A stretch of 64,000 nt of DNA from Phoronis australis. Its lineage: Eukaryota; Animalia; Phoronida. The stretch lies in assembly GCA_002633005.1 (NCBI GenBank), contig NMRA01000115.1, positions 471,176 to 535,175 on the forward strand. Direction: 5' to 3'. A program made the translations under genes and the position numbers. Positions 51,831 to 64,000 of this stretch are shown here, one piece after another. The notes beneath the pieces are model-generated. The model was not told the origin of the DNA. It did no database searches and saw nothing but the letters and a program-made list of their open reading frames with translations. Within the stretch, counting starts at the first letter, position 1; every line of letters begins with the position of its first letter.

Positions 51831-52531
51831 TCATTTTTGAGCAGTTAGAATCTGGGGGTGCCGTGGCACCTGTGGCAATCCCCTTGGTTCGCAGCATGTT
51901 GTTGCCCTCATGAACCTAATAGCATGCATATATGCACACTCATCGAAAAGGAAGATTCAGGTTTCGTCAAAATTCTGACGCCACAGAACTTTATCAGAGT
52001 TTAGTCTCGCGTTATCAAGAAATTAACGCTGAACAAATAGTGATGTTAAAATTCTTCACCAATCCCATCTAAAGATTATGCACGACCCTAGAAAAATGTC
52101 CAAATATGGCTAGCTTCGGAACATCATATTTCATGATTGGATGATGGGATTCATATAAAACTCTCAGATATGATGATTTATACATTGTTCTCTAAAACAC
52201 TGCCAGGAATTTTGTATAAATTATAGGAGTTTCATAATATTCATGCAAAAATCTAAAGTATCTCAATACAAAAACGAACTGATGATTTAAAAAATTGTAA
52301 CAGTGCTTTGACTAGGTTTCTTATCAATTAAGCAAAATCTGATCATTTATTGATACCCTTGTTTTGTTATCAAGGTAACCCTTTTACAAAAAGACACGGT
52401 TACTTGACTCAACTGATGGCAGGTTGATAAAAGTTACAAATCAAATTCTTCAGGCTTTCTAGTTTCAGAAACTTTATGTTTTTACTGTGTTAAAATCGAC
52501 AGCTAAATACACAGGCTTGCCGATAAGGCCG

Positions 52532-52683
52532 TGTTATGTCCATAGACATGCCCTGTTATGTCCATAGACATGCCCTGTTATGTCCATAGACATGCCCTGT
52601 TATGTCCATAGACATGCCCTGTTATGTCCATAGACATGCCCTGTTATGTCCATAGACATGCCCTGTTATGTCCATAGACATGC
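52532..52683. repeat. 22-bp perfect minisatellite, about 7 copies
   Basis: Unit TGTTATGTCCATAGACATGCCC. Confidence 0.95.
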
Positions 52684-54393
52684 TTCATCAAGGGTATGCA
52701 CAAGACCACATACAAATCATTAAGAAAGTATTTAGGAGCCTTATAAGTGACAATTTTAAGGGCAAAATATATTTTACAAGGAGAAAACTTGCTTGCTTGT
52801 TGCAATTGGACTATCGACGTTTAAATTACGACGACTGAAATGGGTACCTTGTCTGGTGGTAGTACTGTAGCCCCAATCAGTGGCGGGTTTAGTAGGGGGG
52901 TCAAGGGGATCATGGCCCCCCTAAAACTCTCCCAGATTACATTTAGCAGTTCGGGATGCGAATGTCTGACGGTCAAAATCTTGGCTAATACTTTGCCCTG
53001 ACCCGCCAAAGCTTCCCACTCACAAAAGCGGCTGGTCGACCTCCTGACACTACACGTCCATATTCATGGTCATGGACATGTGGTCCGAGAACAACGTATC
53101 TGAGTTTGAGAACCCGCTTGGGAGCTGGTGAACTGCTTTTTGGTTGCATAAGGCGCGTTTCCTGAACTGGTGCACATTGTTTGGTAAGCTGAGTGTCGTA
53201 TTAAAGAGTCCAGACGAGTTGTGAGTCCGAACTGAGCTTACCGATCCAGTAGGCTGTGGTAATGGAGTGTAGAATCTAAACCCTTAAAATTTGGCCATTA
53301 TCCGAGACATCAAACGACCTTATTAAAAATGTTTTTGTGACATGAGAGAACCTTCAATTGTTTCCTTATCTTAAAACCGATTTATAATTCTGTATTTTAA
53401 CTCTCCGATTCAAATTTAAGGGTTTTTTTCCGAAGCGTTTATCAATATATGAAATACCTTTAAAGTGGAACTTGCTGGCTAATTCTGTAATCTGCGATTG
53501 CTTGGTCAAATCAGTTAGAAACACAACATATAATGACGATGTGAATACGAAATAGGTTGATGGTTGCCAAATGTTTTTGAGAACAAGTTTTGCGTCGAAA
53601 ACACTCCGCCTTAAATCACTCAACTGTATCCATTGAGTATCGTAACGTGGTGTTGGGGAGTAACACTGCATGATGCAGGTTATGTGAGCCCCCAAGGTAC
53701 GTCATTAGTTCAAAGGTCACCTATTTGCAGAATTTTTTGTTTTCACATTTACAAGTTGCCAGTGAATACAACTCCTAGTTTAGCATGGATGCTGTTCAAA
53801 TAACATTGTTGCTTAGTTCTTGTTATGCATGTAAATACATCTTTAAATGCCCTTGCAGCGCAAATTAGGCCAGGCGTAAACTTCACATCACAACTTGCTC
53901 GCGTTTGAGTATTTGAGATGACACCGGTTTCCGGAGGCCTGATATCAATCTTTCTCGGCCCGTTCTGTTGTCCGATGGCGTATTGTTGTTGACGTTCACT
54001 TCTTTACTGGCATTTTTAGGCTATTGAACAATGGTTTGGCACTTGTTTCAACATACCTTTCTAGGCCGCTATTCTGAATAACAGCGGCAGCTTTCTCTCA
54101 GTTCGGGCTATTGTTATGTAACATAATATTGCTGTTTTGGAAGGACATTTTTCGGATTGATTAGAGATGTTGTACAAATAAATATTATTTTTGAAACGGC
54201 AAACGAAGGACCCATAAGGTATGCAGGCCACAATGAGGGCGAACATTATGATGCCGGTTATGTTCTGAAGCCAGTGAAGCGCAAAACAAGCTGCGTGAAT
54301 GAACTAAAGAACAGTGCGACGAAGAATGACAGTCGTAACCTAAGGGTTCAAAACAAGGGTAATGGCACCGTTTATATGTCACCCAATAATACA

Positions 54394-54648
54394 CATGCGC
54401 GCACCCAGGGGGGAGCTCAGGGGCCTCGAATGAGCCTCAGCCCCCCCCCCCCATTTGACGAAGTGGGCAAAAAGGTCCGCCTCCGAGAGACAAAAAGTCC
54501 GAGAAAATGAGGCCATAAAACATGTGCAAACGCGCAATTCACAGTGGTGCTTCCGTTGTTTTTTAGTCCGCCCACTGTTTTTGTTACCAAAAGGTTCACG
54601 AAGTCAGGAATTTGAGCGCCCCCATATTGAAAGCTGGGTGCGCGCATG
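54394..54648. mobile_element. hAT5-like MITE, 5-bp TSD ATACA
   Basis: Perfect 15-bp TIR CATGCGCGCACCCAG. Confidence 0.9.
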
Positions 54649-55130
54649 ATACAACGATATACTACAGCCGTCCATTAGTCACGACGCACGTGGGTCACTC
54701 ATAAATTAAACATTATCCTAACAACTGGCCTTACAAATTCCATTTGTTAATCCTCAACTGTAAGTCAAAAATTAACTTTTTAAAAGACATAAAGTAGAAG
54801 CATTACAACATGAATACTGATCACCAGTTCCGATGTTTTAACAACACTTTATCAACTGCGTTTGACTATGGTAAAGCGAGAGAATGTACACCAAGTGCTT
54901 GAGCGAAAAATCTGCCTCATCAATTTAGAACAATCACACCATCAAACAGTGAATCCCACCTTCCTGGGCGTAAGGGAACACGCCTCAACAAAAGTGCACG
55001 ACTCGTGCACCCGCTCCTCCCTCGTGCACCGCGTGCCACCACAACTACATAAGTACTAATCCATTTGGCAAATCTCACGCTAACAAGATATGCAATACTG
55101 GACCAACCAAAAAGTGTGCACCATTTAGCC

Positions 55131-57554
55131 CAGTGCCGGATCTAAGATATGACAAGGGGGGCCAACATTTTGTCTGTAGGCATTTGTAGACGCGCATAAC
55201 ACCGAATGGGGGGAGGTCGGGAGGGGAGTTCCCCTCCCGTCCAGGAAAATATTTTGATTTTTCCTCAAAAAACAAGCATTTTACTTGATTCCTGAAGTAT
55301 TATCCAAGAAAAAGAAAAGAAGGCAAAGAAAAAAAAAGACGAGAACTTGTCAAACTGGAAAACCCGCAATTACCACGGACTCGAACTCACGATCCGGTTA
55401 CTTTACCACTGCACCACTTGTGATGCTATACTGAAAGACTTACTTGTTTGCGGTCCAGTGTTTGCGCGCGAAACCTACATCTTTTTGTAATGCTTGTTTC
55501 CCGTTTTATATTTTGTGCAATCAGCTCGTAACAAATGTGGTTGTATTTAAAATAGTCTTCCATTGCCCAAAAGACCAAATCCTTTTTTTTGTGTGTGTTG
55601 GCATTAATGACGCGATTGCTTTGGAAATCGTGTTAAGGTAGGTGGATACACAAAAAAAATTAATTTTGACTGTTTTTTACATTTTCATATCATCCTAATC
55701 TTTAATTCTTGATGCACAGTATACTGAAGAAAAATAAAATCATTCTGAAAATCCAAAGTTGTTTTTTTAGCTATATTTGACCAAACCTCAGTAAGTCATA
55801 TGGCTTGAGTGCTCACCAGCTCAGTGATTGACAACTGGGGCGGAGCTTATATACAAGGACACTAGCTCTAATCTAACCCTGTCAACAAGCATTGCGTAAC
55901 CGGGCAATCGAGAGTGATGTACCAGCTGATATTGGTGTTGTAGCAAGACCAAGAATAAAACAATTCTATTTTTGACCATGTGAAAGTTAGTAGTGAAATG
56001 GTGAACTAGCTCCTGTTCCGAGCCTGAGCCTGTTTGTNNNNNNNNNNNNNNNNNNNNNNNNNNNNNNNNNNNNNNNNNNNNNNNNNNNNNNNNNNNNNNN
56101 NNNNNNNNNNNNNNNNNNNNNNNNNNNNNNNNNNNNNNNNNNNNNNNNNNNNNNNNNNNNNNNNNNNNNNNNNNNNNNNNNNNNNNNNNNNNNNNNNNNN
56201 NNNNNNNNNNNNNNNNNNNNNNNNNNNNNNNNNNNNNNNNNNNNNNNNNNNNNNNNNNNNNNNNNNNNNNNNNNNNNNNNNNNNNNNNNNNNNNNNNNNN
56301 NNNNNNNNNNNNNNNNNNNNNNNNNNNNNNNNNNNNNNNNNNNNNNNNNNNNNNNNNNNNNNNNNNNNNNNNNNNNNNNNNNNNNNNNNNNNNNNNNNNN
56401 NNNNNNNNNNNNNNNNNNNNNNNNNNNNNNNNNNNNNNNNNNNNNNNNNNNNNNNNNNNNNNNNNNNNNNNNNNNNNNNNNNNNNNNNNNNNNNNNNNNN
56501 NNNNNNNNNNNNNNNNNNNNNNNNNNNNNNNNNNNNNNNNNNNNNNNNNNNNNNNNNNNNNNNNNNNNNNNNNNNNNNNNNNNNNNNNNNNNNNNNNNNN
56601 NNNNNNNNNNNNNNNNNNNNNNNNNNNNNNNNNNNNNNNNNNNNNNNNNNNNNNNNNNNNNNNNNNNNNNNNNNNNNNNNNNNNNNNNNNNNNNNNNNNN
56701 NNNNNNGACCAGATTTTTAGTTATTAGACGGAAAGTGACCAAATGACAAAAAGTGGCGTGCTTGCCCCAACTCACACACAAAAAATGCCACAAAATCAAG
56801 ATCATAATGATTTTGTACATATATTTGGTATGGATAAGTAGAATATTGCGTAAGAAAATAGTTGATGATGATCCCTGTGCATTTTGAAAAAAAAATTCGA
56901 GGTAAAATTGGATTTGTTGAAAATTAAAAAATACGATTTTTAAAAAAAAAGAACTACAAAAAAACATTTTTTTTCGATTTTTGTCACTTTCAGATTCATG
57001 TCTAACTAGTTAAAACTCCCTTTTTACTCATTTAAGTTAGGAACCTGGAGATTTGATCAGTGTATACACCTACCTTAAGTTTAAGGTTTGACAAAGAGAG
57101 AATTATGAGTTTCTGAGTGATTCACTGAGGCATCGATTACAATTCACATCTTAGCACCAGCTCCTGTTTTTTCTTCGTTACTCAGATTCCGTTTTCTTTA
57201 AAAATTGAAGTAATTTTCTTCATTGCACAGTGGAGCAGACGACGGAAACGGAGTCGTAGTGCGCAGCGCCACTGCCGGTCGCCTAGGATATCGTGGGAGA
57301 GCCAACACTTAGCCATAGTTCCCTTACGATTGCGCCGGTTGTCCGAATCTGACTCTTGAAATTGGATCTGAGCCCCCCCCNNNNNNNNCCCCCGAAACAC
57401 ACTAAAACTGCATACATTTAAATCTCGTTCCAGCTGTATAATGTTCATTACTGGGGTTAATTAATGAACTCAATAATTTCCCTGCGCTCTTCTTCTGTTC
57501 TTTGCGGCAGCCAAGGGAGGAGGCGGGACCCCTACCCCCCTAAATCCGCCTATG
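55131..57554 (+). mobile_element. Long hAT5-like element hosting a nested insertion
   Basis: CAGTGCCGGATCTA...TAAATCCGCCTATG; flanks TAGCC/TACCC. Confidence 0.75.
55637..57074. mobile_element. Kolobok-like TTAA element nested in 55131-57554 (spans a gap)
   Basis: TTAA|GGTAGGTGGATACAC...GTGTATACACCTACC|TTAA; empty site gtcTTAAgat at about 6494. Confidence 0.85.
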
Positions 57555-58024
57555 TACCCTAGCGTATCCAGTGAAGTCCTCGGCTTATCAAAAGCTTGAT
57601 GACTCCGTTACGGATTGACGGCCTCTACTCGCTATCCATGGGCTTGGCTGAACGCGCTGGATGAGGATGAGATTATTGCGGTGTTAAACCAACGCGCCTG
57701 TGTAGCGTAGGAGTTTCAAAGTAAAACCGAACAATAAGTAACACAAAAGACCAAAATGACTGTTTTTAAAATTGAAGGGTAAATATTAGCCGTCTTAATC
57801 GAAGCATTATGAGACAAATTAGCGAATACGTTTTCTTCAGCATCGCGGCTAAGCAACGAGCATTTATTTGTAAATCGATTATGACGGTTAAGCCACAGAC
57901 TGGCTTGCTTAGGCGTTGGGGTAACGAAACCTCAAATGTTAGCCTGGGAATTTGTCTCATGTGTCAGCCTTGTTTGTGCAACACTGGTCACGCCGTACAA
58001 CACACATTTTAACAACATACTTAC

Positions 58025-58094
58025 CTATCCTACAGGTAAAAACGAGCAGCGCGACCACGATCCAGCAGACGCTCATCTTGCCCTCAAACATCAT
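58025..58094 (-). CDS. GH20 chitobiase-type hexosaminidase exon 1 (signal peptide)
   Basis: MMFEGKMSVCWIVVALLVFTCRIG followed by donor G|GTAAGT; phase 1 joins exon 2 to give ...TCRIGLSTS-ITQ. Alternative ATGs at 58091 and 58076. Confidence 0.75.
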
Positions 58095-58146
58095 ACCTGC
58101 TTGTTGTTGAGTACATGACCGCAAGCGGAGATAACACAAGAGCAAC

Positions 58147-58158
58147 ATATAAATATAT
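58147..58158 (-). promoter_or_regulatory. Possible TATA-like box of the chitobiase gene
   Basis: ATATATTTATAT on the minus strand, about 55 bp upstream of the first ATG; position only. Confidence 0.25.
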
Positions 58159-60559
58159 CCGTACCGCTGATCGAGCTATACGTTACACCCAGGTTGTTTA
58201 CTGAGTGAGCTAAATTGACCATTCAGGCGGCCTATCAGTTATGGTTATGGACATTTAACGTTTACTATGGAATCAAAAGCCTGCCTGTTGTTATCACGTA
58301 CGGGTTTTACACGTTAGCGCGTTGATCTAGGTCTACATGGTAACGCGTTAATTCGCTTTACAGATGTGTATAACAAGTCGCCCGTTTAGCCTTCGTTAGA
58401 GTTACGGTACCTTGCAATCCTCTGACTTCGTCAGACTAAGATTCAGCTATTCTACAATCTACATGTTTTCAATCGTGCTGCCTAGTTACATACCTCAAGG
58501 GCAGTGGCTAAAATCAGCCACTAAATTCAAAATCCAAGATGGACAAAAACAACGTGGATAATGAACTTACAAACCAATACAGTGGCAATCAATACATACT
58601 TTTTACTTCGATGTTTCTTAAGGCATCAGTGACCAGCGCTGCACGAAATAGTCCCAACAGGATCTCAACTCCGTATCTCATGGTAACAACGCCGTATCTC
58701 GCTTTTCTGCGCAGGGTATGGCTACTTCCCGAACATGCACGAAACTGAAATATAGGAAAAACGACAAGAGAGCCTCTCCAGGACCTCCGGTGGATGTACT
58801 CTAAGTCCTGTTTTCACTGTACACGTGCGCGATGAAAACATAACTTTCGAAGAAGCATGTGTTCCTGGAGTTTTTGAAACTGTTGACTAATCGGATTGTG
58901 AATTTTGGAATTTAAAGACGATCGCCGATGAGGGCCAAGGCACACCTATATTTAAATCTACATGGTGTGAAAAACGCATTATCACAATAACATTAGTAGC
59001 TTTCTCATACTTTTGTTAATTATAAGTTTTAAAATGAATGGACGAAACCCTTCTGTGGAGAGGGTCTGCATCAAACCGTTGGGTCCCGCCTCTCTCTTAA
59101 AATATATCAGCATTAGTTTTCTGACCTGAGTTTTAATTAACTTCAAAACAGTTATTCCATTCTTTCAAAATCATAACGGTAATGGCCTTTTGAGTTTACA
59201 CAGTAATGACCCAGACTCGATATGAAGTAAGAATTTTAAATATTATCTTATCGCGTTTTTGTTAAACTAAGGCAGGACTTCCTATCTCTGTACCGTTACA
59301 CTGATAGCAGGCTGCAATGTACTGTAGCTAGGCTGCGACTTGTTTTCCGGCACCTCGAATTGTTTTTTAGTTCACTTTCGTACAATATATGCCGACAGTT
59401 AATGTGTCCATGCCAAATGACACTGTATGGAGGTCGCAAGGTATTGTTTAACTTGTGACATTCTTGCTCTGGGCGTAAGTGCGTCGCACGTTTTTCATCT
59501 ATGGAACACTTCCATTGTTTTACTTTGTTGCGTCTTTGTTGGAAATAACAATACAGGTCGCATGGATATCGTACCTTGTATGTACATAAATAATGCTTGC
59601 CATTATCTTAAGAAAAAAAACGAAAAAGTGAACAATGGACACGTCAATCTACCTATCGCTATGCAACCAGCTTGCGGCCTAGTTTCTCGTGGACAACAAG
59701 GAAGACATTTTCATGAGCCCTTTTCTATAATACCTCAAATACGAGAAAGAAGTTTACTAGATGATCTTTAATTATTTCTTGCTAGAACACATGTGTATTC
59801 AATAAGTACACTAGACAGTTTCATTGTCATTTACGTTTTTGATAATCATGCCACAAGGCTTTAAATTACATTTATCAGATTTACGGCTCAAAACGCCTGT
59901 TTGGGATTATTGTTGGGTTATAATTGCATTTCTTGAAATTATTAGCTTTGACCAAAGTGAGTTCGATTCTGTGTTGGGGCTTATTTCTGTAAAATTGCTT
60001 TTCTCGCCGACGATTTCTCTTCACCTGCAGTTACGAAATTGTGTCAACGCCTTTCGAATAAGAGCTTGCCGGTTATTGAAATAGTTTAACCCTTGCTTTT
60101 GTGGATTCCTCATTATCTCCTCATGGGAAAAGCCTTTTCACCGGCCCGCGAATATTGAGCATTGGACAGAGGCGTGCACGCCACCACAATATCCGTGTGG
60201 TCTCATTCATGAGTTCGTGTTTTCAACACATCGGAATTCGCTAAGGTCGATCTTGTGTTGATACATGAATATTTGGAAAGACATTTCGCCAAAATTCTGG
60301 TACGCCATGACATTATTCTTTTCGTGAGTTTTTTTTTTCAAAATGAAGCTTTAAGACTTGAGGTGCAACAAACGTCCACCGAAAAGCAATTTTGTCTGAT
60401 GTAGGCCGCTTACAATTATAAAATTGGTCTCGTTTTGTCCCTTACTCAGCTAAGAACCGATTTCAACGTTTCAGACGAACAGAAAGTTTGACATTTGTTC
60501 AGACTAGTCTCACTAACTTGCTTGTCATGTACAGTTTCAGTCGCTTTAGAAGTATAGTC

Positions 60560-62090
60560 ATCAGGGAAATTGCAGCTGTTTTGTTGGACCAATTTTAAGT
60601 CAATCAAAGGATTAGAATGAGACTCCTGGCGTGCAAATATGCCTTTGAAGAAAGTATTTTTGACAGAACACGGCTTATAGCCAAGTTAAACATAGATGTA
60701 ACTGTTTGTTTTCATCTGCCAACGTGGAACTAGTTCAATATTTCGTTTCAGTCAGGTGTCGCGAATAAGCGAATCAATGCTCCTTTTGGGCACTAGGCAA
60801 ACTAATATTATTGATCCTTCCCGTAACTGCTGCTCTGGCAATTAAATGCTCATCACCTACAAATTCTTATAGTTAATGATTCATCCGTCATAACAAGTAA
60901 TCATTTGCATGGAATTGTCTTTCACTGGTTGCCGAGCAGAAGTAAAAGCTCTCGCTGGTAGCGTATAAAGGGGCGCACTCTATCGGTGGCGAATTTATAG
61001 CGCCAACATACAGGTGGCGTGTATCAAAATCGCGACTTTTTCAGATTCAAGAGACGACATTGTTTTCTCTCCGGTATGGCTTTCACAATTTTATAACGTA
61101 AGCCAAGGTTGAATATAGTGCAAGAACTTCCTGCAACGGAAATATGCATTTTTACAAACGATGGCTTCTGACACCCAAGATAGGCTTATTCAAACCAGTG
61201 GGCTGTTTTTGAGGACACCATTGATGTTTCTAAGAGAAACTACTTTTGCTTTGGCAGTTCTTGCAGTGAAGGCTCGAAAAGCACTAAATTTGATAAAGGC
61301 TTGGTTGTCTGAATTACATTGCTCTTTACCGTCAGTCCTTTTTAAGCTGTTTGCTCCAATCAATTTTAACCTATGGTTCAGAGATTTAGTATGGCTCAAT
61401 TGTCAATTTCATAGAAAGTGTTCATAACTATTTCTCCAAATGCAGATATGTGTTGCATCCTTTCTATGTTTGAGCCTACCTGTTGTTTACTGGACAAGGC
61501 TGCTTCATCGATATCCACTATGTTACGTAAACTATGTGAGCACGGCGGCACGCACAACTGGACATACACTGTATTCTGTAAAAATGCTACTGTACACCTA
61601 CGGGTTTGGAGAGGTATCAATGGTTTTACGGAACGGGTGACGTAGATTTATTCCCTTCAGAATTTCGTCAGAGATGAATTGACTGTGACGTACACAATTG
61701 GCACTCTATGATTGATAAGTCAAAAAAACGGAACTACAGTGTGAAAAATACCTGTACGTTTTAGACCCCTACCTAAGGAAAATACTCGTTTTAGGTGCTA
61801 AATTCACAACCTTTAGATTGAAACAGGGTGGCACGTACATCGTAGGTGTAACCGAGGATGGGAGAATTTGTGGAATGTGCAATACTGGTCAAATTAAATT
61901 TATGTGTCACTGCCCTGTCCTTGGTGATGTGCGCAGAAATTTGCTGACGAATATGGGGATTGATGCCAAAGTAGTTGATTATTTCAAAGCCATGATCTTT
62001 GTGAACTAAAAAGCCTGGCGCTATATATTCAAGAGCAACAGTGCCAAGAGTTGAAATTTTATCATTGTAAAGTTGTAATGTAAACTGTAT
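60560..62090 (+). pseudogene. Degraded LINE ORF2
   Basis: KARKAL...LFKLF, YGFGEV, EKYL, TRFRC..HNL.IETGW, RICGMCNTGQI..FMCHCP..DVR. Confidence 0.7.
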
Positions 62091-63882
62091 TACGAGGCCT
62101 AGGCCTACATAGGATAAACATTTCGGATTCGGATTCGGATTCTGCGTGCAAGTCATGTAATTGTCACCGGATGCTTATCATACCAAGAAAAGGTCTAAAG
62201 CCACGCTTCCGGAATGAAAATTGGAGTGGATCTTGTTTGGGGGCAATTATGGAAAGGAATTGGGGAGTGATTGATACGAATATTTTGGTATTCTGTTGTT
62301 TTGAGTAAAAAAAGTTATGAAATTTGGTCTCCGCTTTGCTCTATCGAGATCTAGAAATCATGCCAGTTTCAGAGATATTTCTTGTTCAGCGCGACATTTT
62401 TGCAACAAATACAGAGTATTAAAAAACCAAGGGCTCGGTCAAAATGATGCGTATGTTAAAAATTTGGGCATTTTGCGTAAGTCAGAAATTTTCCGTTTCT
62501 TGTGTTCCCAGTGGAGAATTTAGAGGGGGACCAAGGGGGCCATGGCCCCCCTAAATTTCTCTCAGATTCCACTTGAAAGTCCGGCGATAATTCTCCAAAA
62601 TCCACTCGGGCTCTAGATAACGGGGATGCTGGTACTGATAGCGATGCTTTTGACAGTATTCACCCGTTAATTTTTGTTGAAACCTTCGTGTATTTTGTTT
62701 GTTGTAGAGTGAAAGTAATAGAAAGGGTTTGGTATGGGGTGGTCGATAATTGTTGTGTATGGGGGTTCAAATTGTGCCGACGCTGCGAATGACAGGGTTG
62801 AAAACTGTGCTGACATGAGGTGCAATTCAAAGAACTTGGCAACGGGGGAGTGTGGTATTTGCGGCAACCGAGGGGTAGCTCGAAACTTGTGGAGATCGAT
62901 TTGTGAGGATCAAAAGTAACTCGGTTTACCAGGTACCACACTCCTCTTACAGCTAAGCGCCCCGAGAAACCGTAGTCCGGCACTGTTACACAACACAATG
63001 CACACCAGTGGTCAGTTAAAATCTGACATCTCCTTTGTCTTCTGAGATTTGTGAAATTAGGAGTAAGGTTGCGGTTGTGCCACAGCAAAGTTACTCGACT
63101 TCGGTGCAGCCTCGCACAGGGGACCAAAAGATGTCAATGTGGCTCTTACATCACGTATTTACTATTTTTAACCAGTGATTTATGACAAAGAACGCCTTCT
63201 TAAATGAGATATTCCAATGGTAATTAATCATCCAGATAATTTCTTACCCCAAAGCAAAGTTCATGTCACTACGTGTTTTCAAGGCGACACTACTTGTTGC
63301 CAAGGCGAAAACATTTGACTCTGAAGTTGTGAAGAGAGGAAATTTTCCTAAAACATCAGTCATTTTTACATTGATGGGGAATTTGCAGAGTCACTAAAAC
63401 TTGTTAAGATAAAATACGCAAGCTATTTACATGTAAGCCTCCACTGTGGAACACATTTGAAAATTTTGCTAAGCCTAAACGTACGCACTAACTTAGGAAT
63501 TTCAGTGAATCAGGCCCTTGGTTGGTAATGACCTTAGGTATATATTTTTCGAATCTACAGTACAAGACCTGAGAGATTCTTGTCTCCGCTCCGAGATCGG
63601 AGGCGTCGTGAATTTGTGATTTTTGGGAGAACAAATGTCACAATCGCAATTTTTGGCACCTCGACTTTTTCCGTTGGCCGTAGCAAAGCAAAATGACATG
63701 GCTTTGTCGGACTCCTTCATTTTCGAGAAACCCCATCGACTGCGCTTTCTGTAAATTATGGATATTTTTCAAGTAGTCTCTTGAGCCAGATTGGAAACAC
63801 GGGCTTTTGTTGAACCAAACTGTATCAGCCACTAGACCTGTGGTCTTTGCCTGAAATGAGATGGAAGTGACATTCCAACCGT

Positions 63883-64000
63883 TCCTAACTATAACCCACC
63901 CTAACCCTAATCCTAAACTAACCCTAACCCATCCTAACCCTAATCCTAACCCTAACCCTAACCCATCCTAACCCTAATCCTAACCCTAACCCTAACCCAT
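63883..64000. repeat. Telomere-like (CCCTAA)n array with a 34-bp higher-order unit, running off the window
   Basis: CCTAACCCTAATCCTAACCCTAACCCTAACCCAT repeated. Confidence 0.9.

Noticed and set aside
28672-58094. Bacterial contamination as the source of the chitobiase
   Set aside because: It has eight spliceosomal introns containing repeat families shared with the rest of the window.
59036-59095. Second hammerhead (GACGAAACCCT...AGGGTC)
   Set aside because: GAAA, stem III and UC are present, but there is no suitably placed CUGANGA core or stem II partner.

Overview
AT-rich eukaryotic DNA, probably from a marine invertebrate, with three N gaps (6903-7563, 56038-56706, 57381-57388). There are two convergent host genes. 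The first is a single-coding-exon family-B/Methuselah-like GPCR with a somatomedin-B-like, Cys-rich ectodomain (9649-12261, +). The second is a 9-exon GH20 beta-N-acetylhexosaminidase with bacterial chitobiase architecture (58094-28672, -); I assembled it by hand, all introns are GT-AG and phase-compatible, and it gives about 882-888 aa with a signal peptide and a GPI-like tail. The rest is a dense, nested set of transposon remnants: hAT5-like elements with 5-bp TSDs, TTAA-flanked Kolobok-like elements with THAP remnants, Harbinger MITEs, Helentron-like and CACTA-like elements, Gypsy, LINE and Academ-like relics, a Penelope element followed by a hammerhead-like motif, minisatellites and an interstitial (CCCTAA)n array. 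The most notable signals are the strong excess of TACATGTA (apparent excision footprints), the chitobiase with two active-site substitutions, and the U3-A8 hammerhead variant. I found no clearly new multi-gene system. All alignments and counts were done by eye.
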